From the IMG/VR virus record IMGVR_UViG_3300033072_000537, positions 27,573 through 91,572 of that record: 64,000 nt of DNA. One strand, 5' to 3'. Position numbers and translations under genes: made by a program. Shown one piece after another: positions 27,613 to 38,800 of this stretch; position 1 is the stretch's first letter; each line of letters begins with the position of its first letter. Source of the stretch: a virus (lineage: Duplodnaviria; Caudoviricetes). The notes under the pieces were generated by a model, which saw nothing but the letters and a program-made list of their open reading frames with translations, made no database searches and had not been told where the DNA came from.

Positions 27613-27827
27613 GGCATGGCCTCGCCGATGGCTGCGGCTTGTCCATCGCGGCGCTCCCCAGGAAACATGACGCGGCCCCAGGCGTCGAGGTAGGCGGCCC
27701 AGCAGGTCAGGCCGAGCGTGGCGGTGGTGATGGCGATCTCTGCTGACACTTCGACGTGCCGGCGAACCATTGCAGCGGGGGTTACCTTCGGGCGCAGGAT
27801 GCGCTGCAGGGGAGGTGTGTTGATCAT
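27609..27827 (-). CDS. Hypothetical protein
   Basis: AGGAG RBS, first gene after promoter. Confidence 0.6.
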   Translation of the reverse strand: MINTPPLQRILRPKVTPAAMVRRHVEVSAEIAITTATLGLTCWAAYLDAWGRVMFPGERRDGQAAAIGEAMP

Positions 27828-27864
27828 CGAAATCTCCTAGTCAAAAAATGGATGAAACGCCGCG

Positions 27865-27893
27865 AGTATTATCCAATTTCGGGTAATATGCAA
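27865..27893 (-). promoter_or_regulatory. sigma70-like promoter with operator driving the leftward cassette
   Basis: TTGCAT-17-AATACT; TACCCGAAATTGGATA (minus strand, 27870-27885). Confidence 0.7.
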
Positions 27894-27899
27894 GATATT

Positions 27900-27915
27900 G
27901 TCGTGACTGTATTTT
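27900..27915 (+). promoter_or_regulatory. Late-type promoter (leaderless)
   Basis: GTCGTGAC-TG-TATTTT, 6 nt before ATG 27922. Confidence 0.7.
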
Positions 27916-27921
27916 GTAGAA

Positions 27922-28806
27922 ATGGACAATGAAACTGCCAATGCTTGGAAATCAGCTTATCTCGACGAGGGCTTGCCGGTCAGGAAGATCGCTGCGCGGT
28001 TCGGTGCGTCAGAATGGATGGTCGCAACCATACTCAAGGAAATTGGAGTTGAAGTAAAAAACAGACGGTACAAGGACAAGACTCTGAGAGTTGAGGCCGC
28101 TAGGCTGTACGTAGAAGAGCGAAAAACGACTTATGAGATCGCGGCATTGTTGAAGGCGTCTCCGGCAACCATTTTAAGGTGGCTTCACGATTTGTCAGTG
28201 CCAATTAGGTCGCCGTCTGAGGTTGCTATACTGCGGTCTGAAAATCCAAAGAAAAACGGCTATCTACGAAGTCTTCGTGCGGCATACCAGTCCAGCAAGA
28301 TGGGGTGCTGGTTTATTGCACACTCGCGATACGAGGTCGCGCGAATGATGCAACTTGATGGCGACGATGATGTTGCCTCATGGAAGAGATGCGATCAGTG
28401 GGTTAGCCTGCCTGGCGGAAAGCGGTACATGCCAGATTTCGACGTTACGTACCGTACCGGTCGGCGCGTCATTGAAGAGGTCAAGCCGTCCCATCTTTTG
28501 ACCAATGAACTTGTTCTCCTAAAGGCGCAATGCGCGAAGGAATTTTTCTCGAAAGAGGGCGCGGAATACGTGTTTGTTACTGAGCACGAAATAGGTAAAG
28601 AGCGGATCAAAAACGTCGACACGGACCTGATTAGTTTCGACATCAAGCGCGCAGCAAAGCCAAAAAAAGACAACTCTGCGTATCATCGAGCGTATTACCA
28701 CAACGTAATCAAGAAAAATCCTGAGAAGATGGCTCGATTGGCAGAGATAGCTCTCGCTTCTTACCACAGGCGAAAACTATCGAAGGAGGATGGTCGTGCT
28801 GATTGA
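27922..28806 (+). CDS. TnsA-N-like PD-(D/E)XK endonuclease with tandem HTHs (putative homing endonuclease)
   Basis: SRYE…LD…YMPDFDV…IEEVKP…K…FVTE; more AT-rich than flanks. Confidence 0.8.
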   Translation: MDNETANAWKSAYLDEGLPVRKIAARFGASEWMVATILKEIGVEVKNRRYKDKTLRVEAARLYVEERKTTYEIAALLKASPATILRWLHDLSVPIRSPSEVAILRSENPKKNGYLRSLRAAYQSSKMGCWFIAHSRYEVARMMQLDGDDDVASWKRCDQWVSLPGGKRYMPDFDVTYRTGRRVIEEVKPSHLLTNELVLLKAQCAKEFFSKEGAEYVFVTEHEIGKERIKNVDTDLISFDIKRAAKPKKDNSAYHRAYYHNVIKKNPEKMARLAEIALASYHRRKLSKEDGRAD

Positions 28807-29950
28807 TGTTTCTCGCGTCAGCGACGAATGCTGCAACCATGCCATCGACGAACTATTCGCGAAGGCTGCCGGCGACCCACCAAATATCTGGGAGCCACAC
28901 CATAGCCCATTGGTTCGCCGGCTGATTGAGCTCTTCACCGAGCGTGGCCTAATGCGCATCGGTGCCTTGCAGCTTGAGCTGCAGAAGTGGCTCGACGGCG
29001 AGCGCCACAAGGAAAGCGAGCGGTCCATCGTCCCGCCTGGCTACGTCGAGCGCTGGACGCCCGGCGAGCTTGAGCTAGTCCGCCTCTACCTGGAGAGCTT
29101 GCCGCCGGCCGAATTCACCGCCGACGACTGGATGCTCTGCATCGACTTCCTGCATCAGCGCTATTTCCCGCAGGACGAGCTCCGCGCCGAGGCCGAGTGG
29201 CTGGCTGTGCGGGCCTCAATCATGGGGCGCGTGCAGGCCCGCATGGGCGAGGTCAGCGAGCGCCAGGCCGACGCCCTGCTGATGGCCGCCCCGGCGACCG
29301 TCGAGGAGGTCGGCGCTCGGTTTGGTATGACCGCGGCACAGTCGGCCATGCTTCGCTGGGGGCGCACGCACTGCGCCGAGAACATCGTCACCGTGGCCGA
29401 CGGCATCCGCCAGCGTATCAAGGCCGTGGTGCTCGACTACCAGCGCGGACTGGCGCTGGGCGACCCGACTATCCGGGAGAGCATGCAGACGCGGATCGCC
29501 GACAAGTTCGCCACGGCCAACGCCGACTGGCGACGCATCGCTGTTACCGAAGCGTCAGAACTGATGAATCAGGGGTTGATCGCGTCGCTTGAGCAAGGAA
29601 CTCGGGTCCGCCGACTGGAGCAATACAAGGGGGCCTGTCAGTTTTGCCGAAAAATCGACGGCATGGAATTCGAGGTTATCCCTGCGTCTGAGGCCGCAGG
29701 CAAAGACCCGTGGAAATTCGTGTGGGCAGGAAAAACGAATATCGGGCGCTCGGCTGCTCCAAGGAAGCGTGTAGGTGGAGAACTGGTAGATCGCGAACCG
29801 CATGAAATGTGGATTCCAGCTGCTGGTGTACAGCATCCTCATTGCCGGGGGCTTTACATTGCCCTCAAAGAGCCAGACAGCGCTGGCGATGCTGAATTCA
29901 CAGAATGGATGAAGCGGACCCTGGAGACGACCAATGCCGACAGGGACTAA
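28790..29950 (+). CDS. Head morphogenesis protein (Mu gpF/SPP1 gp7-like)
   Basis: WRRIAVTE…ACQFC…HPHCRG. Confidence 0.8.
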   Translation: MVVLIDVSRVSDECCNHAIDELFAKAAGDPPNIWEPHHSPLVRRLIELFTERGLMRIGALQLELQKWLDGERHKESERSIVPPGYVERWTPGELELVRLYLESLPPAEFTADDWMLCIDFLHQRYFPQDELRAEAEWLAVRASIMGRVQARMGEVSERQADALLMAAPATVEEVGARFGMTAAQSAMLRWGRTHCAENIVTVADGIRQRIKAVVLDYQRGLALGDPTIRESMQTRIADKFATANADWRRIAVTEASELMNQGLIASLEQGTRVRRLEQYKGACQFCRKIDGMEFEVIPASEAAGKDPWKFVWAGKTNIGRSAAPRKRVGGELVDREPHEMWIPAAGVQHPHCRGLYIALKEPDSAGDAEFTEWMKRTLETTNADRD

Positions 29951-30590
29951 GCTAACGCACGAAGACGCCGTATCAAGGTTGCGCGCCAAGAGCATAACTC
30001 TCTTGTCTGAATTTAAGGGTTCGCAAAAGCCAATTCTTGTCCGTTGTGACAAGCACGGCGATGAATACTGGATTCGCGCTCACGGACTGGTTTGCGATGT
30101 GAAGCGAATGAGGTGCTGCCAGCGCGAAGATGCTAGGGAGCGAATGACCGGCAGATTCGTATCAGAGGAGACGCGCGCGAAGATTAGCGCTTGGCAGCAA
30201 GACGGGAAAGCGCCTTGGTCTGGAAAAACTTTGTCAGAAGACCACAAGGCAAAGATTCGTCACGGAGTCCACGTTTCCTATGACGCCATCGATCCATTTA
30301 TTGCACTTGCCAAGGCTGGAAAGACCGCTGGCGTCAAAGGCTGGTTCTACATCGCCAAGATGGATAACGGTCTGCTCAAATTCGGAAGCACCCGCTTCGA
30401 CGACTATGAGAAAATGCGCTTCCGTCATTTTGAGCGAGCATTTGGTACTTCATCCGAAGAATTGTTGACGCGAGTTCTCGTTGACGACGCCGGCGCCTAC
30501 GAAGCCGCGATGATGCAAAAGCACCGCGAGCACTGGGCACATGGCGAGTTTTTCAAAGATTTCCGTTCGGAGCTGAATTGTGCAGCCTAA
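29934..30590 (+). CDS. Putative homing endonuclease (NUMOD3-like repeats + GIY-YIG/T5orf172-like domain)
   Basis: CDKH Zn motif, SEETRAKIS and SEDHKAKI, GWFYIA…LKFGST…GEFF. Confidence 0.6.
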   Translation: MPTGTKLTHEDAVSRLRAKSITLLSEFKGSQKPILVRCDKHGDEYWIRAHGLVCDVKRMRCCQREDARERMTGRFVSEETRAKISAWQQDGKAPWSGKTLSEDHKAKIRHGVHVSYDAIDPFIALAKAGKTAGVKGWFYIAKMDNGLLKFGSTRFDDYEKMRFRHFERAFGTSSEELLTRVLVDDAGAYEAAMMQKHREHWAHGEFFKDFRSELNCAA

Positions 30591-32247
30591 GATCGTGTTC
30601 CTGAAATCGTCGCCGGCTGCCGAGCCCGTCGACCTCACCACAACCCCCGTCCGCGCCGACGAGCCTACCCCGGCCCAAGCCGAGTCCGGCAACTACGCCA
30701 AGCGCGCGATGCCGTGGAAGGGCCTAACCATCCGGATCGAGAACGAGGCAGGCAGCGTGCGGCGCGGCACCGATCCTGGCGGCAAGGCCTGGGAGACGCA
30801 CATGCCGCACGCCTACGGCTACATCGTGGGCTCAATGGGAGTGGATGGCGACCCGGTCGATGTCTATGTCGGTCCGTTTGCCGAGACTGCCGAAAGCGTG
30901 TTTGTCGTCCATCAGCGCCGAGTCGGCGACTGGGACAAGTACGACGAGGATAAGGTTTTTGTTGGCTTCCTGAACGAGGACGAAGTCAAGCAGGCGTTTA
31001 TCCAGTGCTACGACGATCCGCGCTTCCTGGGGCCGATTACGGCTATGCCGGTGGGCGAGTTCGTCGAGAAGGTGAAAACGACCAAGGAGAATCCGAAGAT
31101 GATCAAGTCTGCCCCCCGCGTGGTGATGGCTAAGTCGCACGTCGAAGCCTACACCAAGAAGGATGGGACGTTTGTGGCGGCGCATGAGGATTCTAGGAAG
31201 CCAAAACAGGTAAAGTCCATCGAGCACATTCGCCAGCTTGCCGACCAGAATGGAGGCAAGATTTACGTCAGGTGGTCAGTGCATCATTCGCACGACATGA
31301 AAGACGGAGCAGTTTCCCGTGATTACGCAAATGGCGGGGTGCACGGAGGCTTATCTGCCGTGCCAATTACTTCCGACATGGAGGATCACGAAATTGCGAA
31401 ATACGCGAAGGAATACGGCTTCCTCAGAATGAAGGACAGCAAGATAAAGCCGCACTTCTACGCTGGTGAGAAGGTCGGAGAAGATTCTGATGGGTATGAC
31501 TCAATACGCCCAACGCGCCACATCGGAACTGGGCATGCGTCTTTCGTCAAGGAGCTTGATGCAGGGCTGGCGGAGAAGCTGCGCCTCAAAAGAAATATTG
31601 AGAAGGGAGAAAAGTTACTCGCTGGGGACATGGATGTTGTCGCCCGAAAGATTTGGGAAAAGTCAGTGGCAGAGGATAAGGAAAAGCTCGCCGGACTAGG
31701 CGGAAAACTGATGTCGAAATCCATCATCTTCCTCAAGGCCAAGCAGAAGGGCGACGACCGAACGCCGGATATGTTCGCGACGCACGTCGAGGCGCGCACC
31801 AGGAAAGACGGGCACGTCCAGAACTACCATGTTGCGAACGCCAAGCCTGACACCGTCACCGAGCCGCGCGCCGAGCTGGTGAAGGAGCACGAGCGCCTGG
31901 TGCATGTGCTGGAGAGCCCCAGCCACGCCGACGACAAGGCCGAGGCGAAGCGACAGAAGGCCGAGCTCGAGGAGTACAAGGCGGGCGGGGATGCCGGTGT
32001 CACCGTCACTAGCAGAAAGAAGGTCCGCGACCCGCTCGAAGGCACGCAGACGCACGTCACGCTCTCGAACGGCAAGACGCACCGCCTGCAGCGCCTCAAC
32101 GCGACCGAGTCCATGGGCCTGCCGGGCTGGCATGACGTCGATGGCGGGTTCCTGGGAGACAACGAGCAGAGCGCTATTGATGAGTTGGTGCGGCGGGCGG
32201 GATCGCGCCCCGCACCAATGATCAAATCAATCCGCAGGATGAAATAA
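30580..32247 (+). CDS. Polyvalent protein with inorganic-pyrophosphatase-like (InPase) domain and additional modules
   Basis: YGYIVGSMGVDGDPVDVYVG…DEDKVFVGF; several tag motifs. Confidence 0.8.
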   Translation: MQPKIVFLKSSPAAEPVDLTTTPVRADEPTPAQAESGNYAKRAMPWKGLTIRIENEAGSVRRGTDPGGKAWETHMPHAYGYIVGSMGVDGDPVDVYVGPFAETAESVFVVHQRRVGDWDKYDEDKVFVGFLNEDEVKQAFIQCYDDPRFLGPITAMPVGEFVEKVKTTKENPKMIKSAPRVVMAKSHVEAYTKKDGTFVAAHEDSRKPKQVKSIEHIRQLADQNGGKIYVRWSVHHSHDMKDGAVSRDYANGGVHGGLSAVPITSDMEDHEIAKYAKEYGFLRMKDSKIKPHFYAGEKVGEDSDGYDSIRPTRHIGTGHASFVKELDAGLAEKLRLKRNIEKGEKLLAGDMDVVARKIWEKSVAEDKEKLAGLGGKLMSKSIIFLKAKQKGDDRTPDMFATHVEARTRKDGHVQNYHVANAKPDTVTEPRAELVKEHERLVHVLESPSHADDKAEAKRQKAELEEYKAGGDAGVTVTSRKKVRDPLEGTQTHVTLSNGKTHRLQRLNATESMGLPGWHDVDGGFLGDNEQSAIDELVRRAGSRPAPMIKSIRRMK

Positions 32248-32296
32248 TAAATTCGTTGAATGTTCACCGCCGGGTGGCACTGCTACCCGGTTGTGC

Positions 32297-32617
32297 ATGA
32301 GCATAGAAAATGGGCGTCGTGCTGCCCTAAATGCGCGCATTGACCTGGCCTGCAAAATGCTGGCCGAAACAGATTTGACCCTGGCGGAAGTCGCGCTCGA
32401 GGCCGGCTTTTCAAGCCAGGCGCACATGAATTTCGCGTTCCGCAAGATTCGAGGGATTACCCCCAGGCAATGCCGTTGGCGCTGCCGGTCGTCACTTCCC
32501 CCGTGCCTGACGGCTTTTTTCGCGCTCCCAGGCCTCGCGGCAATCCGCATTGCACCAACGCCGGATGCCGTCGGATGGCTGATCGCCTGCCTGAATACGC
32601 TCCAGGATGTCGTCTGA
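32297..32617 (+). CDS. Stand-alone AraC-type HTH fragment
   Basis: RIDLACKMLAETDLTLAEVALEAGFSSQAHMNFAFRKIRGITP. Confidence 0.65.
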   Translation: MSIENGRRAALNARIDLACKMLAETDLTLAEVALEAGFSSQAHMNFAFRKIRGITPRQCRWRCRSSLPPCLTAFFALPGLAAIRIAPTPDAVGWLIACLNTLQDVV

Positions 32618-32773
32618 TACCAGCTGCTCGCCGCAGTTGGGGTCAAGGCAGAATCCGGTAGGGCGGGGGCCTTCTGGCTTCCTGATGGCAATCTGCGCGG
32701 CAAGGATCATCTCCTGCTGGGCGACAGACTGGTCTAGCGGGTCTGATTGGTGCTCGAATTCTTCGTTGAACAT
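32492..32773 (-). CDS. TraR/DksA-like C4 Zn-finger protein
   Basis: SDPLDQS…FCLDPNCGEQL…RWCNADCREAWE; own late-type promoter. Confidence 0.7.
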   Translation of the reverse strand: MFNEEFEHQSDPLDQSVAQQEMILAAQIAIRKPEGPRPTGFCLDPNCGEQLVSDDILERIQAGDQPSDGIRRWCNADCREAWEREKSRQARGK

Positions 32774-32802
32774 GGCGGGATGACAGCGGTTTAGGTGCGC
32801 TG

Positions 32803-32840
32803 ATTGTGCCGTCACGCCTTTTGATTCGTGACGGCAGAAT
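32803..32840. promoter_or_regulatory. Divergent pair of late-type promoters
   Basis: Minus GGCGTGAC-GG-CACAAT (32818-32803); plus TTCGTGAC-GG-CAGAAT (32825-32840). Confidence 0.7.
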
Positions 32841-32874
32841 TCCAGGTAACTCAATAAATCCCGGCGACCGCCCT

Positions 32875-35800
32875 ATGCTGATCCTGTTTTTGAAGTCCCA
32901 GATGGGGCTGTTCGACATGCCGACGCTGATCTCTGGCAGCGTCAAGAAAGACGGCACGATCACTGCGCCACACATCGGCATTCGCAAGAAGCGGATTGCG
33001 CCGCCAGCACCCGTGCAGGCCGATCTGTTTGGCGGCCACGAGGAGGCGAAGAAGACCCGCCGCACCGCACTGGAGGCCCTGCTGCGCAAGTACGGTGGCG
33101 CTGCCCAGGTAGCAGCGATGATGCGCGGTGTTGCCGAGGATAAGCGCGCCGACGCCATCGCGAAGATGGCGAAGATCGCCAAGGTGACGCCGGCCGAGAT
33201 GCAGGCTGCGCTCGACGCCGCCAAGCCGGAAGACGCGCCGCAGATGGACCTATTCGCGGCGACTGTCGCCAAAATCGACACGTCGGAGAAACGTGTCGAT
33301 GAAACGCCGAAAACGGAACACGTCGCCCCTCCTGCCACCGACGCCGCCTTGGTCGAATACACGACCAAGAAGGGCAAGAAGCTGACCGGCATCGTCCGCT
33401 CCGATCTGACCAAGGAGCAGGCGAAGGAAATCGACCCCTACACCTTCTGGCACAAGAACCCGAACGGCTGGTTCATCCGTGAGAAGCACATCGGCCAGTC
33501 ACCTGCCGCCTCTGATCAAAACCCGATCAAGACCGAAACCCCCGCCGTTGCTCGCAAACCGAAGCCAGCGCCGGTCGAGGATCAAAACCCGGTCAAGAAC
33601 GATTCGGGCGTATCCGAGCGCCACGCCGCCGACCCGCTCGATTTCGGCGTCAAGCCCGGCACCAGCAAGGCCGACCGCCGCCGCCTGAATGCCGCTGCTG
33701 CGGCCCTGGTCGATGAGAAAACGCCGGGCGAGATGACTGGCCAGGACCGCGCCGTCCTGCGCCAGTACAGCGGCAACGGTGGCTGCGGTGACAGCCTCAA
33801 CGAGTTCTACACCGACCCCGCAATCGCCAAGGCAATCTGGGACGTGGCAGGCCGCCTAGGGTATGAATCCGGCACCTGCCTGGAGCCGTCCTGCGCTACC
33901 GGTGTTTTCCTGCACACCGCCCCGGCTGGCTTCAAGATTACCGGCGTTGAGCTGGACCCGACGTCGGCAAAGATCGCGACGGCGCTGCATGGCGACCGGC
34001 ACGAGATCGTCAATGCCAGCATGGAGCGCTTCGCCACTCAGGACATGCGCCAGTTCAACGTCGTGGTGGGCAATCCGCCCTACGGCCCGCGCGGCATCCT
34101 GGCAAAGGACGACAAGGTCGAGCTCTCGAAGGCCGAGGAGTATTTCATCGACACCAGCCTGGACAAGACCGCCCCGGGCGGGCTGTGCGTGATGGTTGTC
34201 CCGGCCGGGATCATGGACAGCAAGAACGGCCGCAGCTTCCGCGAGCGCATCCTGCGCAAGGCTGAATTCCTGGGCGCGCAGCGCATGCCGAACACGGCGT
34301 TCGAGCACACCCATACCGACGTGACGGCCGACATCATCTATTTCCGCAAGCGGCCTGACGACGTTGCCGGTGCGCTGGCGACCGTGGGTCAGGACACCTT
34401 GCAGCAGCTGGGTGTCTGGGACGATGAATTCCTGGCCGGCACGTACTTTGATGGGCGCGGCGCTGAAAACGTGTTTGGCGAGGTCGGCACGGCCAAGCGC
34501 GCATTCGGCGAGATTTACACGGTCAATGGTTCCATGCGTGGCGTGCCCGAGGAGGTCGCCAAGTTCGAGCCGCACGCCAAGGGCCTGCCCGTGTCTGTGC
34601 CGGACATCCTGGAGGCGCTGGGCGATGACGAGGCCGCCAAGAACCGCGCGCTGAACGGAGCCGAGAAGCGTCCTTACCAGGACACCGCCAAGGTCGGCGA
34701 CATCCGCGTGATCGACGGCGTGTCCTATGTCCTGCAGGGCAACCCGCCGCGCTGGCACCGCGTCGACGAGGCGCTCCAGTCCGATGCGGTGACCGAGGCG
34801 CAGGAGCTGGCCGAGGCCATCGACCGTTTGATGACTGGGCGCGCTGCTGACCGTCAGAAGCTCGAGGCCGACGTCCGCGCTTGGGTTGAGAAACACGGTA
34901 TCCCGGCCAAGAACCCGAACCTTCTAGTCGCCGCCGCGACCGACAAGACGCTCTACCGCCTGATCGGTGCCGTGGGCAAGGACGGCAGCCTGTCTGACGT
35001 GGTCACAGGCCGGTACTTCAAGGCCAACGAGGAGGCAGGTTTCGACACCATCGCCCGGGCGCTGGCGCTGAACCACGAGACAGGAGCATTCACGCATACA
35101 GAGCTCGCCGAGTCGCTAGGCCAAGACCGCGAGGAGGTTCTCGACCGTCTCGTCGCCGATGCGAATTACGCCTACCTGCCGAATGCCGACCTGGGCGCCT
35201 ATGGCGCTTGGGCACCGATGGACGTCTATCTGACCGGTGAGCTCTGGCCGAAGCTGGACAGCGTCCGGGCGGAACTGGCACGCGAGGGTCTGCCCGAAGA
35301 GGTCCGGGGCAAGCTCGAGCACCAGGCCAGCCGCCTCGAGGCCACCATCGATCCGAAGTCGCTCGAAGACGTCGAGATCATGCTCAACTCGGCATTCCTG
35401 CCGACCAGCGTGATTGAGGCTTGGATGAATTCCAAGATCGCGGCATTCAAGGGCGAAAACCCGACCGCATCCTACGCTCAGAGCATGAAGGAAGACGCCA
35501 AAGTAACGTTCGACAACGGCGTCTATTCGATCAGCGGCGGCATGTGGGGAGATGCCAACCTCCTGGACAAGTACCTGAACCGTACCGGCGTCCGGAAGGA
35601 CGACATGCCGCGCATTGAGCAGATGAACGAGGAGTTCAAGGACTGGCTCTGCTCATCGTCGCTGCGTGACCAGGTCGAAGAGCTCTACAACCGGAAGTTC
35701 CGCGGCTTCGTGCAGCGCGATTTTTCCAAGGAGCCTATCGACGTCCCGGGCCTGGCGAACCATGACCAGGTCAAGGACTACCAGTGGCCGGGCCTGCGCT

Positions 35801-38800
35801 GGGCGCTCGCCGCCGGCAAGGGCATCATCGCCGACGACGTGGGCCTGGGTAAGACCCTGCGCGGCCTGCTGCTGGTCCGCATGGCGAAGATCGAAGGCCG
35901 GGCGCAGAAGCCGAGCATCGTTGTGCCCAAGTCCGTGCTGGCTAACTGGTACGCTGAATCGCAGAAGTGGTTCCCTGGCTCCAAGGTGCTGACCATCGGC
36001 GCCACGTTCGAGATCAAGGACGGCAAGCTGGTCGGCAAGGACGACAACGCCAACGAGCGCAAGCGCAAGTACCACGACCTGTCACAGAACGACTACGACT
36101 TCGTCATCATCAGTGAGCCGGCTTTCGAGGAGCTCGACCTCGATCCGATCACCAAAGAGGAATACTACAGTCAGGATTTCTGGGTGCAGCGCGGCGAGTC
36201 GCTGGGCAATGCCGGCGACAAGCGCCGCAAGAAGATCAAGGAGCAGTACGAGCAGGCTATCGCCAAGCGCGAATTCGCCGACCGCACTGACGCGATCTAT
36301 TTTAACGAAATCGGCATCGACATGCTGGTGGCGGATGAAATGCACCACCAGAAGAACCTCTATGCTGCCAAGGCCCGTTTCGGCGACAGCCCGAAATTCC
36401 TCGGCGGCCAAGGGCTCTCAAACCGGGCGCTGGACTTCAACCTGAAAACCCGCTGGCTGCTGCAGAACCACGGCAACAAGGGCGTCTATGGTCTGACCGC
36501 GACCCCGACGAAGAACAGCCAGCTCGAGGTCTATTCGATGCTCTGCCACATCGCACCGGAGGCCTTCGAGAATATCGGCATCCGCAACAGCGAGGAGTTC
36601 CTCGACCGTTTCTGCGTGTTCCAAAACGATACCATCCTGAACAAGCGCGGCGAGATCGAGGACGCCATCGTCACGGCTGGCTTCAAGAACATGAACGAGC
36701 TGCGCGAGATCATGCGCCGCTACATCGCCCGCAAGACGGCTGACGACGTCGGCCTGGTGCTGCCGAAGGCCGACCCGCACATGCACTTTGTCGAGATGAC
36801 GCCGGCACAGCAGGAGGTCTATGCGACCTACCGCGAGATGCTGGAGAACGAGGCCAAGGGCAAGGACGCGACCGGCGACAGCCATATCTTCTCCATCATG
36901 GACAAGATGAACAAGGCGGCACTCGACCTGGAAATCCTGGACCCTGTGACGCACAAGGGCCAGCCGAGCCCGAAGTACAAGAGTCTGGCGAAACACATCG
37001 TCGAGGGCCTTGCCGACGGCGGCCAAGTCGTTTTCTCCGACTACATCGACTCGCACGACAAGATCGTCGATGCGCTCGTCGAGAAGGGCATCCCACGCAA
37101 CCAGATCGCCATCATCAACGCGCAGGTGGCAGGGTCAGCTGTGAAGCGGCAGAACATCGCTGACGCATTCAACGCTGGCAAGATCAAGGTCGTCATCGGT
37201 AACACGGCGACCATGGGCGAGGGCATCAACCTCCAGAAGGGCACGGCTGACATTCACCACCTCGACCTGCCATGGGAGCCGGCCAGCATGCAGCAGCGCA
37301 ATGGCCGCGGCGTCCGCCAGGGCAACACGATGGCGTCGGTTCGCATCCATACCTACCTGTCCAAGGGCTCGTTTGACGGTTACCGCTACCAGTCGATTGC
37401 GGCCAAGAAGGACTGGCAAGACTTACTCTGGAAGGGCGGCGACCGCGTCGACAACCTGGCGCGCGAGGGCAAGTTCAGCCGTCAGGACATCCAGATCATG
37501 ATGGCCGCCGACCCGGATGCTGCGCGCGAGAAATTCGAGAACGACAAGGCCCTGGCGCTGGCGCAGCACGAGGCCGGCGAGCGCGTGAAGGCCGCCGAGC
37601 AGTTCGTCCGCTTCCAGGAGCTCAAGGCCGGTTACAAGGCGCTGAAGAACAAGGGCTCGGCCAGCGCCGCCCGCCTGAAGCGCAAGCTCGAGGACGCAAA
37701 GACCGGCCTGAAATCTAACCGGTTCTTTACCGCCAAGTCGGCGCTCGATAGCGACGAGGCGACCGTGATCCAGCCGGAAACCGGCGAGGCGTTCCATGCT
37801 GGCGTGGCGTTTGAGGCGGTGGCGGACGACGGTACCAATGAGGGCAAGTTCGTTGTGACCGGCGTCAATCTGCGCGGCGGCACTGTTACCGTTCGTCCGT
37901 ATGCGGCGACGACCGGCGGGCGATCCAAGACGGTCAAGCTGGCCGACCTGTCGCATGGTGTGACGCCGTTCAAGTTCGATGCGGATGCCGAGGCGAAGGA
38001 AGTCGCCGATCACCTCGAGCGCGCAGCAGCGGACCGCGTGAATAACATCGCGCACTGGGACGACCTGAAGACCATGCCATCGGCAGTCCTGGAAGCGTCG
38101 AACGAGTCGATCCAGCGTCAGCTTTTCAAGGGGGCCAAGGACTACTCTGTCCGCTTCCCCTATGGCGACATCCCGATGATCAACAAGGAAACTGGAAAGG
38201 TTGAGCGCGTCAGCCAGTACAGCGTCAAGGACAAGGAGGCAACCCACGACTTCCTGCTGCCGACCGATGCCAACAAGGAAAAGGCTATGCGGGACTGGGC
38301 AGAAGAGGAGCGGACGAAGCGCTACGGGCAGACCACCTACCAGAAGCGTAAAAACAGCCGGACCGAGTGGAAAAACGTCGTCCAGTACCCGAACGCTGAC
38401 TACAACAGCAAGAGCCGCAATCCGATGACGTCCATCCTCGAGGGCATGTCTCCCCCGAAAGACCCGGTGGCGTCGTCGTTAGGACGCGAGTCGCCGTTGG
38501 TCAAGGAAGCCCGTGAGCGCTTCGAGCGCGAGCAGCTCGAGCGAGTGCGGCGAGCCCCGTCCTTCAAGGAAGCGCTAGCCGAGGCCGTGCCGCTGACTTC
38601 TTTCTCGGAATATGGAAGCACAGATAGCGCGTACCCGATTTACCACAAGCGCGCCCTGGCCATGCTCTGGGCTCGCGCAAAGCACGAGGGAGTGCTGGAC
38701 CACGACTGGGAGCAATTCGTGCCGACTGAGGCCAGCCCGTACAGCAGCAGAGAACTGCCAAAACATAACAAGTACACCTGGCATGCTGGCGGCTACGCCA

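Noticed and set aside
27922-28806. TnsA-like genes as part of a Tn7 transposon
   Set aside because: No tnsB/C/D or terminal repeats; both are isolated genes between head genes, typical of free-standing nucleases
32806-32874. Upstream GTG/TTG starts given by the ORF track (also 21512, 23254, 62033, 58670)
   Set aside because: They overlap promoter motifs or upstream genes; downstream starts fit RBS, leaderless or tag patterns better
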